A stretch of 64,000 nt of DNA from Flavobacteriaceae bacterium (GCA_947371275.1 CANBOV010000003.1:2027-66026), one strand, 5' to 3'; counted from the stretch's first letter, positions 21,907 to 32,482 are shown. The notes: generated from the letters alone by a model not told the origin. Numbers and translations: made by a program.

Positions 21907-23673
21907 ATGTTTGATATTTCTGCCTTAAAAGAAATGAAGCTTGCTGAGCTTCAAGAAATTGCCAAGTCGGCCAAAACCATTAAAGTTACCGGTGCCAAAA
22001 AAGATACGTTAATCGCGCAAATTTTAGAACACCAAAATACTACTGTAGCGGAACAAAAGCCAAAAGTAGTTATTGAAAAAGCTACTGATAATAAAGCTAA
22101 ACGTGCTCGAATAACACCTGAAGCTAAAAAAGCAGCAGAGAATGCCCAAAATGATTTATTTGCAAATGATTCCATTGTTAGCAAACCTATAGATGAAATT
22201 CCGTTAGCAACTGTACAAGAAGAAAAGCCGGTATTTCAAACTAAAAACCCAAAGTTTAAGAAACCATTTGAAAAAAAGAACTCAACCTCCCCTGAGGTCG
22301 TAATTCAAAATGGAAATGAAGCTGGGGTTGTTGCTCCTGAGAAGCAAAACGTTGGAGAAGAAACCCAACCACAGACTACAAAACAAATAGATGGAAACCG
22401 AGAGCCTAAACCCAAACATCCAAACCAGAATCCGAATGGCAATGGCAATGGCAATGGGAATAACGGTAATGGCAACGGAAATAACAATAACAACGGGAAT
22501 GTAAATCCTAATTTTAAAGGTAAAAAACCTAATAATTTCCGTGATGCCGATTATGAATTTGACGGAATTATAGAAAGTGAAGGCGTATTAGAGATGATGC
22601 CCGATGGCTATGGTTTCTTACGTTCTTCTGATTATAACTATTTGGCTTCACCCGATGATATTTATTTATCTACTTCTCAAATCCGCTTGTTTGGTTTGAA
22701 AACAGGTGATACGGTAAAAGGAGTAGTACGTCCTCCGAAAGAAGGAGAGAAATTCTTCCCTTTGGTAAAAGTATTAAAGATCAATGGACATGACCCACAG
22801 GTCGTTAGAGACCGAGTTTCATTCGAACATTTAACACCATTATTCCCGGAAGAGAAATTTAACTTAGCGGGTAGACAAGCGACTATTTCAACTCGAATTA
22901 TTGATTTATTTTCTCCAATAGGAAAAGGGCAACGAGGTATGATTGTGGCCCAACCCAAAACAGGTAAAACGATGTTGTTAAAAGACATTGCCAATACCAT
23001 TGCTGCCAATCATCCCGAAGTTTACCTTATCGTTTTATTAATTGATGAACGACCTGAGGAGGTAACTGATATGCAGCGCAGTGTAAGAGGGGAAGTAATT
23101 GCTTCCACTTTTGACGAACCTGCTGACCGACATGTAAAAGTGGCTAATATCGTTTTGGAAAAAGCGAAACGTTTGGTAGAATGCGGACATGATGTTGTCA
23201 TCTTACTGGATTCCATTACACGTTTGGCCAGAGCCTATAATACGGTACAACCCGCGTCGGGGAAAGTATTATCGGGTGGGGTAGATGCCAATGCCTTACA
23301 AAAACCTAAACGTTTCTTTGGTGCTGCTCGTAACATTGAAAACGGAGGCTCATTAAGTATTATTGCAACGGCTTTAACCGAAACAGGTTCTAAAATGGAC
23401 GAGGTGATTTTTGAAGAATTCAAAGGAACTGGAAATATGGAGTTACAATTGGATCGTAAAATTGCCAACAAACGAATTTTCCCAGCGATTGACTTAACTT
23501 CTTCTAGCACACGACGTGATGATTTATTATTGGATGAGAAAACCATACAACGCATGTGGATCATGCGCAAGTATTTAGCCGATATGAATCCGGTGGAAGC
23601 CATGGATTTTATCAACGATCGTTTTAAGAAAACTAGAAACAACGAAGAATTCCTCATCTCAATGAACGATTAA
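21907..23673 (+). CDS. rho: Transcription termination factor Rho with long N-terminal insertion
   Basis: [43 protein letters not shown]. Confidence 0.98.
   Translation: MFDISALKEMKLAELQEIAKSAKTIKVTGAKKDTLIAQILEHQNTTVAEQKPKVVIEKATDNKAKRARITPEAKKAAENAQNDLFANDSIVSKPIDEIPLATVQEEKPVFQTKNPKFKKPFEKKNSTSPEVVIQNGNEAGVVAPEKQNVGEETQPQTTKQIDGNREPKPKHPNQNPNGNGNGNGNNGNGNGNNNNNGNVNPNFKGKKPNNFRDADYEFDGIIESEGVLEMMPDGYGFLRSSDYNYLASPDDIYLSTSQIRLFGLKTGDTVKGVVRPPKEGEKFFPLVKVLKINGHDPQVVRDRVSFEHLTPLFPEEKFNLAGRQATISTRIIDLFSPIGKGQRGMIVAQPKTGKTMLLKDIANTIAANHPEVYLIVLLIDERPEEVTDMQRSVRGEVIASTFDEPADRHVKVANIVLEKAKRLVECGHDVVILLDSITRLARAYNTVQPASGKVLSGGVDANALQKPKRFFGAARNIENGGSLSIIATALTETGSKMDEVIFEEFKGTGNMELQLDRKIANKRIFPAIDLTSSSTRRDDLLLDEKTIQRMWIMRKYLADMNPVEAMDFINDRFKKTRNNEEFLISMND
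22423..22512 (+). repeat. Asn/Gly low-complexity tract in Rho, including (AATGGC)3
   Basis: Encodes [30 protein letters not shown]. Confidence 0.85.
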
Positions 23674-23679
23674 TATTAA

Positions 23680-25071
23680 ATGTTTAAGACAAAACATATA
23701 CTAATAAGGTTACTGAATTATAGTTCAGTAACCTTATTTTTTTTTCTATTGTTTTCCTGTGCTAGCCAAGAGGTTTCAAATCCGCCCTATAGTATTTCAG
23801 GAACAGTTTTTAATTATTACAATGTAGGCTTAGCGAATAGTAAAGTCTATTATGGAGATACTGCCTATGCGACGACCAATGCACAAGGACAGTTTCAAAT
23901 AGATAATATTACAGGCACTGTTATCCTCCAACCTCAGGATCCCGATTATACTTTTACACCCAACACACTTACGGTGACTAAAAACAGTAGCGGACTCACT
24001 TTTTATGCTGCACCCACGACTGTTGAAAGTCCTAATGTAGCGGCGGTATACCAATGGTTTTCTCAAATGCAGTTGCCCAACGGTTTGCTCGAAAGTTCTG
24101 AAAATAGTAATGTGGTTTCACTTTACGATAATGCCCTAGCGGCTTTAGTTTTTACCGCAAAGGGAGATCGTCTTAAAGCTGAAAAAATATTTGATTTTTT
24201 CTCTAATAGGATGGGAAGCGAACTAGACGCTGGTACAGGAGGATTTTCCCAATTTAGAGATGCGACAGGGATGCCCAACGGTCATCGATGGATGGGAGAC
24301 AATTGCTGGCTACTCCTGGCATTGAATACTTATGCTCAGACCTTTAATAGCACTACTTATAGCACTTTACAAAATCATTTGAGTACTTGGATTCGTTCTC
24401 TTCAAAATGCTGATGGCAGTTTGAATGCCGGATTTGATGCCAATGGGTCCCTCAATATGCAAGTAACAGAAGGCATGATTGATGCCTACAATGCCGTCTT
24501 AGGATATGATACTTTCCACAGCCATCTATTGACCTTTTTAAAGCAAAGTAGATGGGCCAGTTCCCAACATTATTTGATAGCCTACCCGAATAACTATTAC
24601 CAATATGCTTTAGATAATTTCTCATGGGCGTATAGTGCCTTTGAAGACTTTCCCTCTTCCACCTTACAAAGCAGTATTGGTTTATTTGGCACCAATAAAG
24701 TTGCTACAGCAACCAATGCCAATGTAAATGGGTTTTGCTTCGATATAGATAAAGACACCGTTTGGTATGAAGGTACTGGAGAAATGGTAGTCGCTTACCA
24801 AAAGGCAGGAATGAGTACGCAAGCCAATTACTATTTAGCGGAAATGGAAAAAGGATTGGTAAACAGTCCAATGTATTCCAATGCCAAAGGAATTCCCTAT
24901 GCAACCAATTTAGGTTCTGGATATGGAGGAGGACTCTTATGGGGAGGGGCCGATACCAAACCCGCAGTGTCTTCTAGTGCATGGTATCTTTTTGGTCAAT
25001 TGCATTTTGATCCTATGGCAGTTGGGTACCCAAAGAATGCGCCGCAAGCCGATAAATTCTGGATGAATTAA
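23680..25071 (+). CDS. Putative lipoprotein: carboxypeptidase-regulatory-like domain plus helical glycoside-hydrolase-like domain
   Basis: Lipobox LFSC; YSISGTV...ATTNAQGQF...YTFTP; then LYDNALAALVF, WMGDNCW, VWYEGTG motifs suggestive of an (alpha/alpha)6 barrel. Confidence 0.6.
   Translation: MFKTKHILIRLLNYSSVTLFFFLLFSCASQEVSNPPYSISGTVFNYYNVGLANSKVYYGDTAYATTNAQGQFQIDNITGTVILQPQDPDYTFTPNTLTVTKNSSGLTFYAAPTTVESPNVAAVYQWFSQMQLPNGLLESSENSNVVSLYDNALAALVFTAKGDRLKAEKIFDFFSNRMGSELDAGTGGFSQFRDATGMPNGHRWMGDNCWLLLALNTYAQTFNSTTYSTLQNHLSTWIRSLQNADGSLNAGFDANGSLNMQVTEGMIDAYNAVLGYDTFHSHLLTFLKQSRWASSQHYLIAYPNNYYQYALDNFSWAYSAFEDFPSSTLQSSIGLFGTNKVATATNANVNGFCFDIDKDTVWYEGTGEMVVAYQKAGMSTQANYYLAEMEKGLVNSPMYSNAKGIPYATNLGSGYGGGLLWGGADTKPAVSSSAWYLFGQLHFDPMAVGYPKNAPQADKFWMN
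23703..23745 (+). terminator. Intrinsic terminator after rho, overlapping the 5' end of the next ORF
   Basis: 15-bp stem aataaggttactgaa / ttcagtaaccttatt followed by a T run. Confidence 0.8.
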
Positions 25072-25108
25072 GGCTCTTTAGTTCTAACCAATTATCCCTT
25101 TTCTTTTT

Positions 25109-25123
25109 TGGCATGCGCTTTGT
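25109..25123 (+). promoter_or_regulatory. Sigma54-like -24/-12 element
   Basis: TGGCAT-GCGCT-TTGT about 45 nt upstream of the 25167 ATG. Confidence 0.4.
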
Positions 25124-25166
25124 ATAGTTTTCTTAAGATTATCTTAACTCCTAAAATTCTTGTCTT

Positions 25167-25757
25167 ATGAAAACCAACCGCTTGCTTCGTGTAGTATCCT
25201 TACTAGGTGTATTATTAATCTTTGCTCCGTTTTATGATTCGTGCGCTGGACATTACTTACATAAAATAAATACTTCCAATGGAAAAGAAATAGTAAGCGA
25301 AAAACCATTTACACAAAAAGTCTATGATATTGTAGTAGATGATGAGGCATTTAATGCTTTTCAAATTTCGAGCCTATCAATTTATGCAATTAAAGAATCA
25401 ACGTTTACGGAAATTAAAAATGATGTTGCTAAGTCAGTAGTAAAGAAAGGCTGGTATAAAGATATTGGAATCCTAATTTCATTCTTTTTTGATGTTGTGA
25501 TACTACTCTCTTTTTCCTTATTCCTATTATCCTTTACAAAACGTAACACGGTCTTTAAAAAAATGGCTTTGGTCAATCTAGTACTTATTATTCTAACGCT
25601 TTGTTATATTATTTTTCTAGAGAATTCTTTTCACCAATTCGCCCAAATCAAATGGGGTTACTACGCCTTTATCCTCAACAGTGGGTTTTTGTACTATTAT
25701 GCCGCTAAGCTATTTCCCACTCAAGCCATGGGGGGACAGAGCGAAGCTAAACCTTAA
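25167..25757 (+). CDS. Hypothetical membrane protein
   Basis: 196-aa ORF with one N-terminal and three C-terminal hydrophobic segments. Confidence 0.7.
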   Translation: MKTNRLLRVVSLLGVLLIFAPFYDSCAGHYLHKINTSNGKEIVSEKPFTQKVYDIVVDDEAFNAFQISSLSIYAIKESTFTEIKNDVAKSVVKKGWYKDIGILISFFFDVVILLSFSLFLLSFTKRNTVFKKMALVNLVLIILTLCYIIFLENSFHQFAQIKWGYYAFILNSGFLYYYAAKLFPTQAMGGQSEAKP

Positions 25758-25821
25758 ATTAAAATGTCAACTTGTCATACTGTTTGGAGCTAAAACTGAC
25801 AATTTATTCCTAATTGAGCCT

Positions 25822-25836
25822 TGGCACAATAGTTGT
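25822..25836 (+). promoter_or_regulatory. Sigma54-like -24/-12 element upstream of dnaK
   Basis: TGGCAC-AATAG-TTGT; TGTCA/TGACA pentamers at 25765, 25773 and 25797. Confidence 0.45.
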
Positions 25837-25916
25837 CATTTTGCAAATCGTACAATACAAAGTACTATTCACTCGTAGAGGAATAATCAAAAATAAATTA
25901 AAAGGAGAACATAAAA

Positions 25917-27803
25917 ATGGGAAAAATTATCGGTATCGACTTAGGTACAACCAACTCTTGTGTAGCCGTTATGGAAGGTGGAGAACCAGTAGTAATCGCT
26001 AACGCAGAAGGAAAAAGAACAACACCATCTGTCATTGCATTTGTAGAAGGTGGCGAAATTAAAGTGGGGGATCCGGCCAAAAGACAAGCTGTGACCAACC
26101 CAACCAAAACCATAGCGTCTATTAAACGTTTTATGGGGAACAAGTATACAGAAAGCTCAAAAGAAGCTTCTACTGTAGCATACAAAGTAGTAAAAGGAGA
26201 TAACGACACGCCTCGTGTCGATATTGATGGTAGATTGTATACCCCACAAGAATTATCGGCTATGACCCTTCAAAAGATGAAGAAAACAGCTGAGGATTAT
26301 TTAGGATATACCGTTACAGAAGCTGTAATTACGGTACCTGCTTACTTTAATGACGCACAACGTCAGGCAACCAAAGAAGCCGGAGAAATTGCAGGTTTGA
26401 AAGTAATGCGTATCATCAATGAGCCTACTGCAGCAGCTTTAGCTTATGGATTAGATAAAGCAGGTACAGACCAAAAAATTGCAGTTTACGACTTAGGTGG
26501 TGGTACTTTTGATATCTCAGTATTAGAATTAGGTGACGGTGTATTTGAAGTATTGTCAACTAATGGTGATACACACTTAGGTGGAGATGACTTTGACCAA
26601 GTAATTATCGATTGGATGGCTAACGATTTTAATACCGAAGAAGGTGTTGATTTACGTAAAGACCCAATGGCTTTACAACGTTTGAAAGAAGCAGCAGAGA
26701 AAGCAAAAATCGAGTTGTCTTCTTCGACACAAACAGAAATTAACTTACCTTATGTTACGGCTACCGCTAGTGGACCAAAACACTTAGTAAAAACATTAAC
26801 TCGTGCGAAGTTCGAACAATTGGCAGAGACTTTAGTAAAACGTTCTATGGAGCCTGTTGCTAAAGCTTTAAAAGATGCTGGATTATCTACTTCAGATATA
26901 GACGAAGTAATCTTAGTAGGTGGTTCTACTAGAATACCAGTTATTCAAGAACAAGTTGAGAAATTCTTTGGTAAAAAACCATCAAAAGGAGTTAACCCTG
27001 ACGAAGTAGTAGCTATTGGAGCTGCCATTCAAGGTGGGGTATTGACTGGAGATGTTAAAGATGTATTGTTATTAGACGTTACGCCTTTATCCTTAGGAAT
27101 TGAGACTATGGGGAATGTAATGACCAAATTGATTGAGTCTAACACTACCATTCCTACCAAAAAATCACAAGTATTCTCTACGGCAGCTGATAACCAGCCT
27201 AGTGTTGAAATTCACGTGATTCAAGGAGAAAGAACCATGGCGGCAGATAATAAAACCATTGGTCGATTCCACTTAGACGGAATTCCACCAGCGCCAAGAG
27301 GTGTTCCTCAAATTGAAGTAACGTTTGATATTGATGCCAACGGTATCATCAAAGTTTCGGCTACCGATAAAGGAACTGGTAAATCACATGACATCCGTAT
27401 CGAAGCTTCTTCAGGATTAACACCAGAAGAAATCGAGAGAATGAAGAAAGATGCCGAAATGAATGCAGAAAGCGATCGTCTAGCTAAAGAAAAAGCGGAT
27501 AAATTGAACGAAGCAGATGGCATGATTTTCCAAACCGAGACTCAATTAAAAGAGTACGGGGATAAACTTTCTGATGGTAATAAACAAGCTATTGAAGGTG
27601 CTTTAACCGAATTGAAAGTAGCTTTTGAAACCAAAGATATTGGAACCATACAACCCGCTTTAGACAAAATCAATGAAGCTTGGAAAAATGCTTCTGAAGA
27701 AATGTATAAAGCACAAGGAGAAGGACAAGCTCAAGAAGCGCAACCGCAAGCAGATGCTAGTGGTGACCAAACTCAAGATGTAGATTTTGAAGAAGTTAAA
27801 TAA
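25917..27803 (+). CDS. dnaK: Molecular chaperone DnaK
   Basis: [33 protein letters not shown]-terminal DVDFEEVK. Confidence 0.99.
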   Translation: MGKIIGIDLGTTNSCVAVMEGGEPVVIANAEGKRTTPSVIAFVEGGEIKVGDPAKRQAVTNPTKTIASIKRFMGNKYTESSKEASTVAYKVVKGDNDTPRVDIDGRLYTPQELSAMTLQKMKKTAEDYLGYTVTEAVITVPAYFNDAQRQATKEAGEIAGLKVMRIINEPTAAALAYGLDKAGTDQKIAVYDLGGGTFDISVLELGDGVFEVLSTNGDTHLGGDDFDQVIIDWMANDFNTEEGVDLRKDPMALQRLKEAAEKAKIELSSSTQTEINLPYVTATASGPKHLVKTLTRAKFEQLAETLVKRSMEPVAKALKDAGLSTSDIDEVILVGGSTRIPVIQEQVEKFFGKKPSKGVNPDEVVAIGAAIQGGVLTGDVKDVLLLDVTPLSLGIETMGNVMTKLIESNTTIPTKKSQVFSTAADNQPSVEIHVIQGERTMAADNKTIGRFHLDGIPPAPRGVPQIEVTFDIDANGIIKVSATDKGTGKSHDIRIEASSGLTPEEIERMKKDAEMNAESDRLAKEKADKLNEADGMIFQTETQLKEYGDKLSDGNKQAIEGALTELKVAFETKDIGTIQPALDKINEAWKNASEEMYKAQGEGQAQEAQPQADASGDQTQDVDFEEVK

Positions 27804-27827
27804 GTAAAAATCTTATTAAATAAGAAG

Positions 27828-27858
27828 AAACCGAACTAGCTATAGTTCGGTTTTTTTT
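27828..27858 (+). terminator. Intrinsic terminator after dnaK
   Basis: aaaccgaacta gcta tagttcggttt plus T run. Confidence 0.88.
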
Positions 27859-27894
27859 GTATCATTGCGGAACTCTAATGTAAACTATTTTAAA

Positions 27895-28443
27895 ATGAAA
27901 AAAGTTAATGTACTGATTGCCTTATTTTTTGCAGCCCTTGTTTTAGGATGTAGTAGTAGCGATTCTGGAAGTAGTTCCAGTGCTCAAAATGTTACGTTTA
28001 AATTTAACGGCGTTGACGTTACCGCTGCAGTCACTTCAGCTAAGCTATATAAATCGCAAGGAACTAATGAAAAGATGCTTAAAATTACTGCCGAAACAAC
28101 CGATAAAGAATTTGAGTGGACTTTCTTTTCAGGCTATTCAGCGGATGACGCTATACCTACAGGGGACTATGTATCCTCAGAAAATGTAGATGACGGCTAT
28201 GCCTATGTATCCTTTAAAATCAATGGAAACAAATATGGAATGCATAATCCTGATAATGGTACGTTGCATATTACGAGCTGTAATTCTGGTGCTAAGACAG
28301 CCACAGGCACATTTTTTCAAACATTGCATGCCATCGGAGAGACTCAAGATTTTGATTATTTAGGTGTTACAATTCCTTACGAAATTAACATGACTAACGG
28401 TGTATTTACCAATATTCATTACGACGTAGTTGTATTGAATTAA
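27895..28443 (+). CDS. Hypothetical lipoprotein (beta-rich)
   Basis: MKKVN...LVLGC lipobox followed by a Ser-rich tether SSSDSGSSSS. Confidence 0.8.
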   Translation: MKKVNVLIALFFAALVLGCSSSDSGSSSSAQNVTFKFNGVDVTAAVTSAKLYKSQGTNEKMLKITAETTDKEFEWTFFSGYSADDAIPTGDYVSSENVDDGYAYVSFKINGNKYGMHNPDNGTLHITSCNSGAKTATGTFFQTLHAIGETQDFDYLGVTIPYEINMTNGVFTNIHYDVVVLN

Positions 28444-28468
28444 AAAATAACAACAACAATAATTATTG

Positions 28469-28498
28469 TAACCGCCTTATTATTAAGGCGGTTATTTT
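28469..28498 (+). terminator. Intrinsic terminator
   Basis: taaccgcctta ttat taaggcggtta tttt. Confidence 0.8.
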
Positions 28499-28560
28499 AT
28501 TTTAACATAGTCCAAGTAGATAATTTTGTATATTGCCTATCATCATAAACTGTATGTCCT

Positions 28561-29169
28561 ATGAAAAAGATTATTTTAATGGCTTTACTGGCGTTCATAA
28601 GTACTCAAAGTTTTGCTCAAAAGAAAAAGGAAGGTCTGCAGAAGAAAACGATACTTGCAGGTTCTACCGCTGGTAACCTAGCTTTAGCGAAACTAGATAA
28701 CTTGAAAGTGGAAATTAAAACTGGTAATTTCCAAGTCGCAATTGCTGATAAAGACAACGCGACTGCAGCAATAATAATAAAACCAGTAGAGGCTAGTTTT
28801 AAGCCCTTAGAATGTAAACTGAGTGCCTTTAAATCAAATGGTTCAGTATTATATCTCCTAACTTGGGTAGAAAAATCAGCTACTAAAACCGACTTGAAAA
28901 CCGAAGAAGTTGTTTCAAATTATTCTTGTATTTTGGAAGTACCTAATAAGAAACAGGTGTTTTCTAATACAGAAACCACCACCCATATTACGGAGAAAGT
29001 GTTTTTAGACAAAGGTAAAAATGCTTCTGAAACCCAAGAAAAACTCAGAAGAGAAGGTTATCATTTTGTGCTCAATCCCGATGGATCGATTCTTTTAAAG
29101 AATAAGACCTCCGAAAAAACCTTAGTATACGATGCTGCCAAAATGGAGTACCTTCCAAAAAAGAAATAA
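28561..29169 (+). CDS. Hypothetical exported protein
   Basis: Signal peptide ending SFA-Q; 202-aa Lys-rich ORF. Confidence 0.75.
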   Translation: MKKIILMALLAFISTQSFAQKKKEGLQKKTILAGSTAGNLALAKLDNLKVEIKTGNFQVAIADKDNATAAIIIKPVEASFKPLECKLSAFKSNGSVLYLLTWVEKSATKTDLKTEEVVSNYSCILEVPNKKQVFSNTETTTHITEKVFLDKGKNASETQEKLRREGYHFVLNPDGSILLKNKTSEKTLVYDAAKMEYLPKKK

Positions 29170-29171
29170 AC

Positions 29172-29203
29172 AAAAAATCCCGAGTGGTACTCGGGATTTT
29201 TTT
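29172..29203. terminator. Bidirectional intrinsic terminator
   Basis: aaaaaatcccgagt ggt actcgggatttttt. Confidence 0.9.
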
Positions 29204-29219
29204 ATTCAGCTATAGAATA

Positions 29220-30275
29220 TTATTCATTCACTTTAATCTCAAACGTCTTATCCCAGTTTTTACCCGTTACAAAGAACGTATTGGTTTTTTTGTTATAAGC
29301 AATTCCATTTAAAACATCCGCTTTAGGGTTCTTTATATTGGCTTTTAAAGCTGTCAAATCCAACACACCTTCAACTGCTCCTGATTTCGGATTGATAACC
29401 GCTATGGCGTCCTTTTGCCAAATGTTACCATAGATCTTGCCGTTTACCCATTCCAACTCATTAATACTTTTAATCTTGCTATCATTCGTATATACGTTAA
29501 TAAAATCGACCATCTTTTGGGTATCCGGATTCATAGTCCAAATCTTTTCGGTCCCATCCGATTGGTAAATGTTTTGTCCGTCATTAGTCATTCCCCAGCC
29601 TTCAATGTTTTTATCAAATGTGAAGGTTTTCAATTTCTTCAAGGTGTTGGCATCATAAATAAAACCGGTTTGATTCTGCCAAGTCAATTGGTAAATCTTG
29701 TCATGGATTACCGTGATTCCTTCACCAAAATATTTAGGATCTAAATCCACTTTTTTATAAGTCTTACCCGTTTTATAATCAATCTTAGCAAAATAACCTT
29801 TGTAGCCTTCTGGGGTTCCCGTACTTTCCATTAAGGTATCTCTGAAAAATTCAAAACCTTCCGTAAAAGCATCTATATCGTGCAAATATGTATTCACGAT
29901 AGTGTATTTCATTAGTTTCGGAACGATGCCCGATGCTACTTCTACACGCGTTTTAGTGGAAACGGTGTCGCCTTCAAAATATACCGTAGCTTTTACGTTT
30001 TGATAGCCTAATTTCTTGCCATTTAAATCTAAGGTAAGCTTCCCACTGCCTTTAATTCCGCTTATTCTCTGATCATTCACAAAGTAAACCACACTATCAA
30101 TGGTTTTGTTTTTATCGTTCAATAGGGTTAAGTCTACTTTATCAGTAGCCTGATACATGGGCTTTAGTGCGCTCTCATCAAAGCTGAAATAACTTTCTAT
30201 GTCACTACGACTATTGCCACAACTCACTAAGTTCAATGCTAATAAAATGGTTATTAACAGGTTATAATTTTTCAT
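29220..30275 (-). CDS. Glutaminyl-peptide cyclotransferase (lipoprotein, beta-propeller type)
   Basis: Lipobox LVSC; FTEGFEF, ESTG, YFGEGIT, QLTW, EGWGMT, NELE, VLNGIAY, TGKNW. Confidence 0.92.
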   Translation of the reverse strand: MKNYNLLITILLALNLVSCGNSRSDIESYFSFDESALKPMYQATDKVDLTLLNDKNKTIDSVVYFVNDQRISGIKGSGKLTLDLNGKKLGYQNVKATVYFEGDTVSTKTRVEVASGIVPKLMKYTIVNTYLHDIDAFTEGFEFFRDTLMESTGTPEGYKGYFAKIDYKTGKTYKKVDLDPKYFGEGITVIHDKIYQLTWQNQTGFIYDANTLKKLKTFTFDKNIEGWGMTNDGQNIYQSDGTEKIWTMNPDTQKMVDFINVYTNDSKIKSINELEWVNGKIYGNIWQKDAIAVINPKSGAVEGVLDLTALKANIKNPKADVLNGIAYNKKTNTFFVTGKNWDKTFEIKVNE

Positions 30276-30349
30276 TCGAATAATTTAAATTTTCACTCAC
30301 AAATATATTTATAAAGGGCTTAATTTCTTGTAAAAAAATAAAAAGATTG

Positions 30350-30357
30350 TATATTTG
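30350..30357 (+). promoter_or_regulatory. -7 promoter element for SRP RNA
   Basis: TATATTTG a few nt before the RNA 5' end. Confidence 0.75.
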
Positions 30358-30361
30358 CACC

Positions 30362-30455
30362 GGCAAGTCCTACACGACCAGCTCCTGCAAAATCCTCCAG
30401 GATGGGAACATAGCAAAGGTATGTGGTTGTAGCGGTGCGATGTAGGTCGCTTGCC
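30362..30455 (+). ncRNA. ffs: Signal recognition particle RNA (small bacterial type)
   Basis: Terminal pairing GGCAAG/CTTGCC, CCTACA/TGTAGG stem, domain IV CAGG-atg-GGAA-cat-AGCA. Confidence 0.88.
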
Positions 30456-30466
30456 ATTTTTTTTTT

Positions 30467-30496
30467 AATCCGAACTTGCTTCGGATTCTTTTTTTT
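30467..30496 (+). terminator. Intrinsic terminator after ffs
   Basis: aatccgaa cttgc ttcggatt followed by a T run. Confidence 0.75.
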
Positions 30497-30512
30497 ATAA
30501 CAATTTCTATCC

Positions 30513-31511
30513 ATGAAATTAACTTGGCAAATAGTGCAATTCCAACTCAAAGAAACCTTTGCCATTGCCTATGGAAACTACTCTTTTCGTGAAGCTCTCA
30601 TCGTTACTTTAGAAAGCCATGGATGCAAAGGCTATGGAGAATGTACCGCTATAGATTATTACCATATCGATTTAGCTTCCTTTACAACGCAATTAGACAA
30701 ATGGAAAAATAGTATCGAAAGCAAATCCATAAAGCATCCTAAAGATTTTTACATTTTTTTAGAAGCCCTACAATTACCTTCTTTTTTGCGATCAGCCCTT
30801 GATTGTGCGTATTGGGATTTGTTTGGCAAACTAGAACAATGCTCTTTTTTAGCACTTAATGCAATTGACTACGAAATGTTGCCCGAATCTTCCATTACCA
30901 TTAGTGTTGATGAAGTAGCGAAGCAAATAAAGAAAATAGAACAATCCTCTTGGAATCATTTCAAAGTGAAATGCAATCGATTAAATAAAGATGAGATCGC
31001 TCAACTCTTAGCACTGAACAAACCAATTGCTTTAGATTCCAACGGCAGCTTTATACAAAGTGATTGTCTTTGGCTTGAAACTTATGCCGGCATCGAAAAT
31101 TTTACTTATTTAGAACAACCCATGAAACCGGGAGTCGAACAGTATGCTGTTTTGCATGCAGACGGGAAAGCCAATTGGATGGCCGATGAAGATAGCCAAG
31201 ATGCTGCTAAACTAAAAGATTTAGTCCCTCATTATAACAGTATTAATATTAAGCTAGTAAAGTGTGGCGGATTAACTCCAGCACTTCAAATGATTGCCGA
31301 AGCCCGTGCTCTAGGATTTCAACTGATGATAGGTTGTATGACCGAATCGTCTATTGGAATATCGGCTGGTGCTGTTTTAGCGCCGCTCTGTGATTATGCC
31401 GATTTAGATGGAGCCAATTTAATTGCCAATGACATAGCCATAGGAAGTACTATAGTAGATGGCGTTATCCAACTTAGTGATGGTAACGGTTTGGGGATAA
31501 AAATAAACTAA
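30513..31511 (+). CDS. Dipeptide epimerase (L-Ala-D/L-Glu epimerase family, enolase superfamily)
   Basis: GYGE, KVK, DSN, EQP, ADE, NIKLVKCGG, GCMTES, DLDG. Confidence 0.87.
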   Translation: MKLTWQIVQFQLKETFAIAYGNYSFREALIVTLESHGCKGYGECTAIDYYHIDLASFTTQLDKWKNSIESKSIKHPKDFYIFLEALQLPSFLRSALDCAYWDLFGKLEQCSFLALNAIDYEMLPESSITISVDEVAKQIKKIEQSSWNHFKVKCNRLNKDEIAQLLALNKPIALDSNGSFIQSDCLWLETYAGIENFTYLEQPMKPGVEQYAVLHADGKANWMADEDSQDAAKLKDLVPHYNSINIKLVKCGGLTPALQMIAEARALGFQLMIGCMTESSIGISAGAVLAPLCDYADLDGANLIANDIAIGSTIVDGVIQLSDGNGLGIKIN

Positions 31512-31627
31512 AGTATTCCTTTTGTTTTTTATCTTTAACCTCAAATTTAGATGGGCAGTTAACAAACTAATGGATTATAAATTTCTATTCTCTTATCTTT
31601 TTTTATCTATTTTCTTATTATTACTAT

Positions 31628-32431
31628 ATGAGTAAAGTTGTTTTAATTACCGGTGGTTCTTCCGGTATAGGAAAAGCCATAGGAGTGTTTCTTTTAAGTA
31701 AAGGATTCGTCGTTTATGGTACCAGTCGAAATCCCGAACTTATTACTAATTCTGTAATTCCCTTGCTGGCAATGGACGTTAGAAATGGGGATAGCATACG
31801 AGGAGCCATTGCCCAAGTCATTCAATCCGCTGGTCGGTTAGATGTGGTCATAAACAATGCTGGAGTAGGGATTACAGGTCCGGTGGAAGAAATCCCTACT
31901 GAAGAAATCAAGAATAACTTTGAAACCAATTTTTTTGGACCCATCGAAGTTATGAAAGCAGCTTTTCCCCAAATGCGCGCACAACAAGCAGGGTTAATCA
32001 TTAACATTACTTCTATAGCAGGCTATATGGGATTGCCTTACAGAGGCGTTTATTCAGCCTCCAAAGGAGCTTTAGAAATAGTAACCGAAGCCATCAGCAT
32101 GGAAGTTAAACACTTCGGAATAAAGCTAGTTAATGTGGCTCCTGGTGATTTTGCCACCAATATAGCTGCAGGACGTTATCATGCACCCGTCATAAATGGT
32201 TCTGCCTATGAATTGCCTTATGGGAATACCTTAAAACAAATGGATGCGCACGTGGATAGCGGCAGCAACCCCGAAGAAATGGCCAAAGCTATCTACGACA
32301 TCATCAATGAAAAGAATCCAAAACTTCATTACAAAATTGGCTTCTTCATGCAAAAATTCTCTATAGTGTTAAAGCGAATTTTACCCGACAGAATCTATGA
32401 AAGTATGTTGATGAACCATTATAAATTGTAA
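31628..32431 (+). CDS. SDR family oxidoreductase
   Basis: TGGSSGIG, NNAG, YSASK. Confidence 0.93.
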   Translation: MSKVVLITGGSSGIGKAIGVFLLSKGFVVYGTSRNPELITNSVIPLLAMDVRNGDSIRGAIAQVIQSAGRLDVVINNAGVGITGPVEEIPTEEIKNNFETNFFGPIEVMKAAFPQMRAQQAGLIINITSIAGYMGLPYRGVYSASKGALEIVTEAISMEVKHFGIKLVNVAPGDFATNIAAGRYHAPVINGSAYELPYGNTLKQMDAHVDSGSNPEEMAKAIYDIINEKNPKLHYKIGFFMQKFSIVLKRILPDRIYESMLMNHYKL

Positions 32432-32482
32432 CTTTGCACCTGATTTTGAAAACACAACTTTTTTAATATATATCTAGTACGT

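Noticed and set aside
30320-30565. 81-aa minus-strand ORF
   Set aside because: Antisense to the SRP RNA and overlaps the epimerase start; shadow ORF
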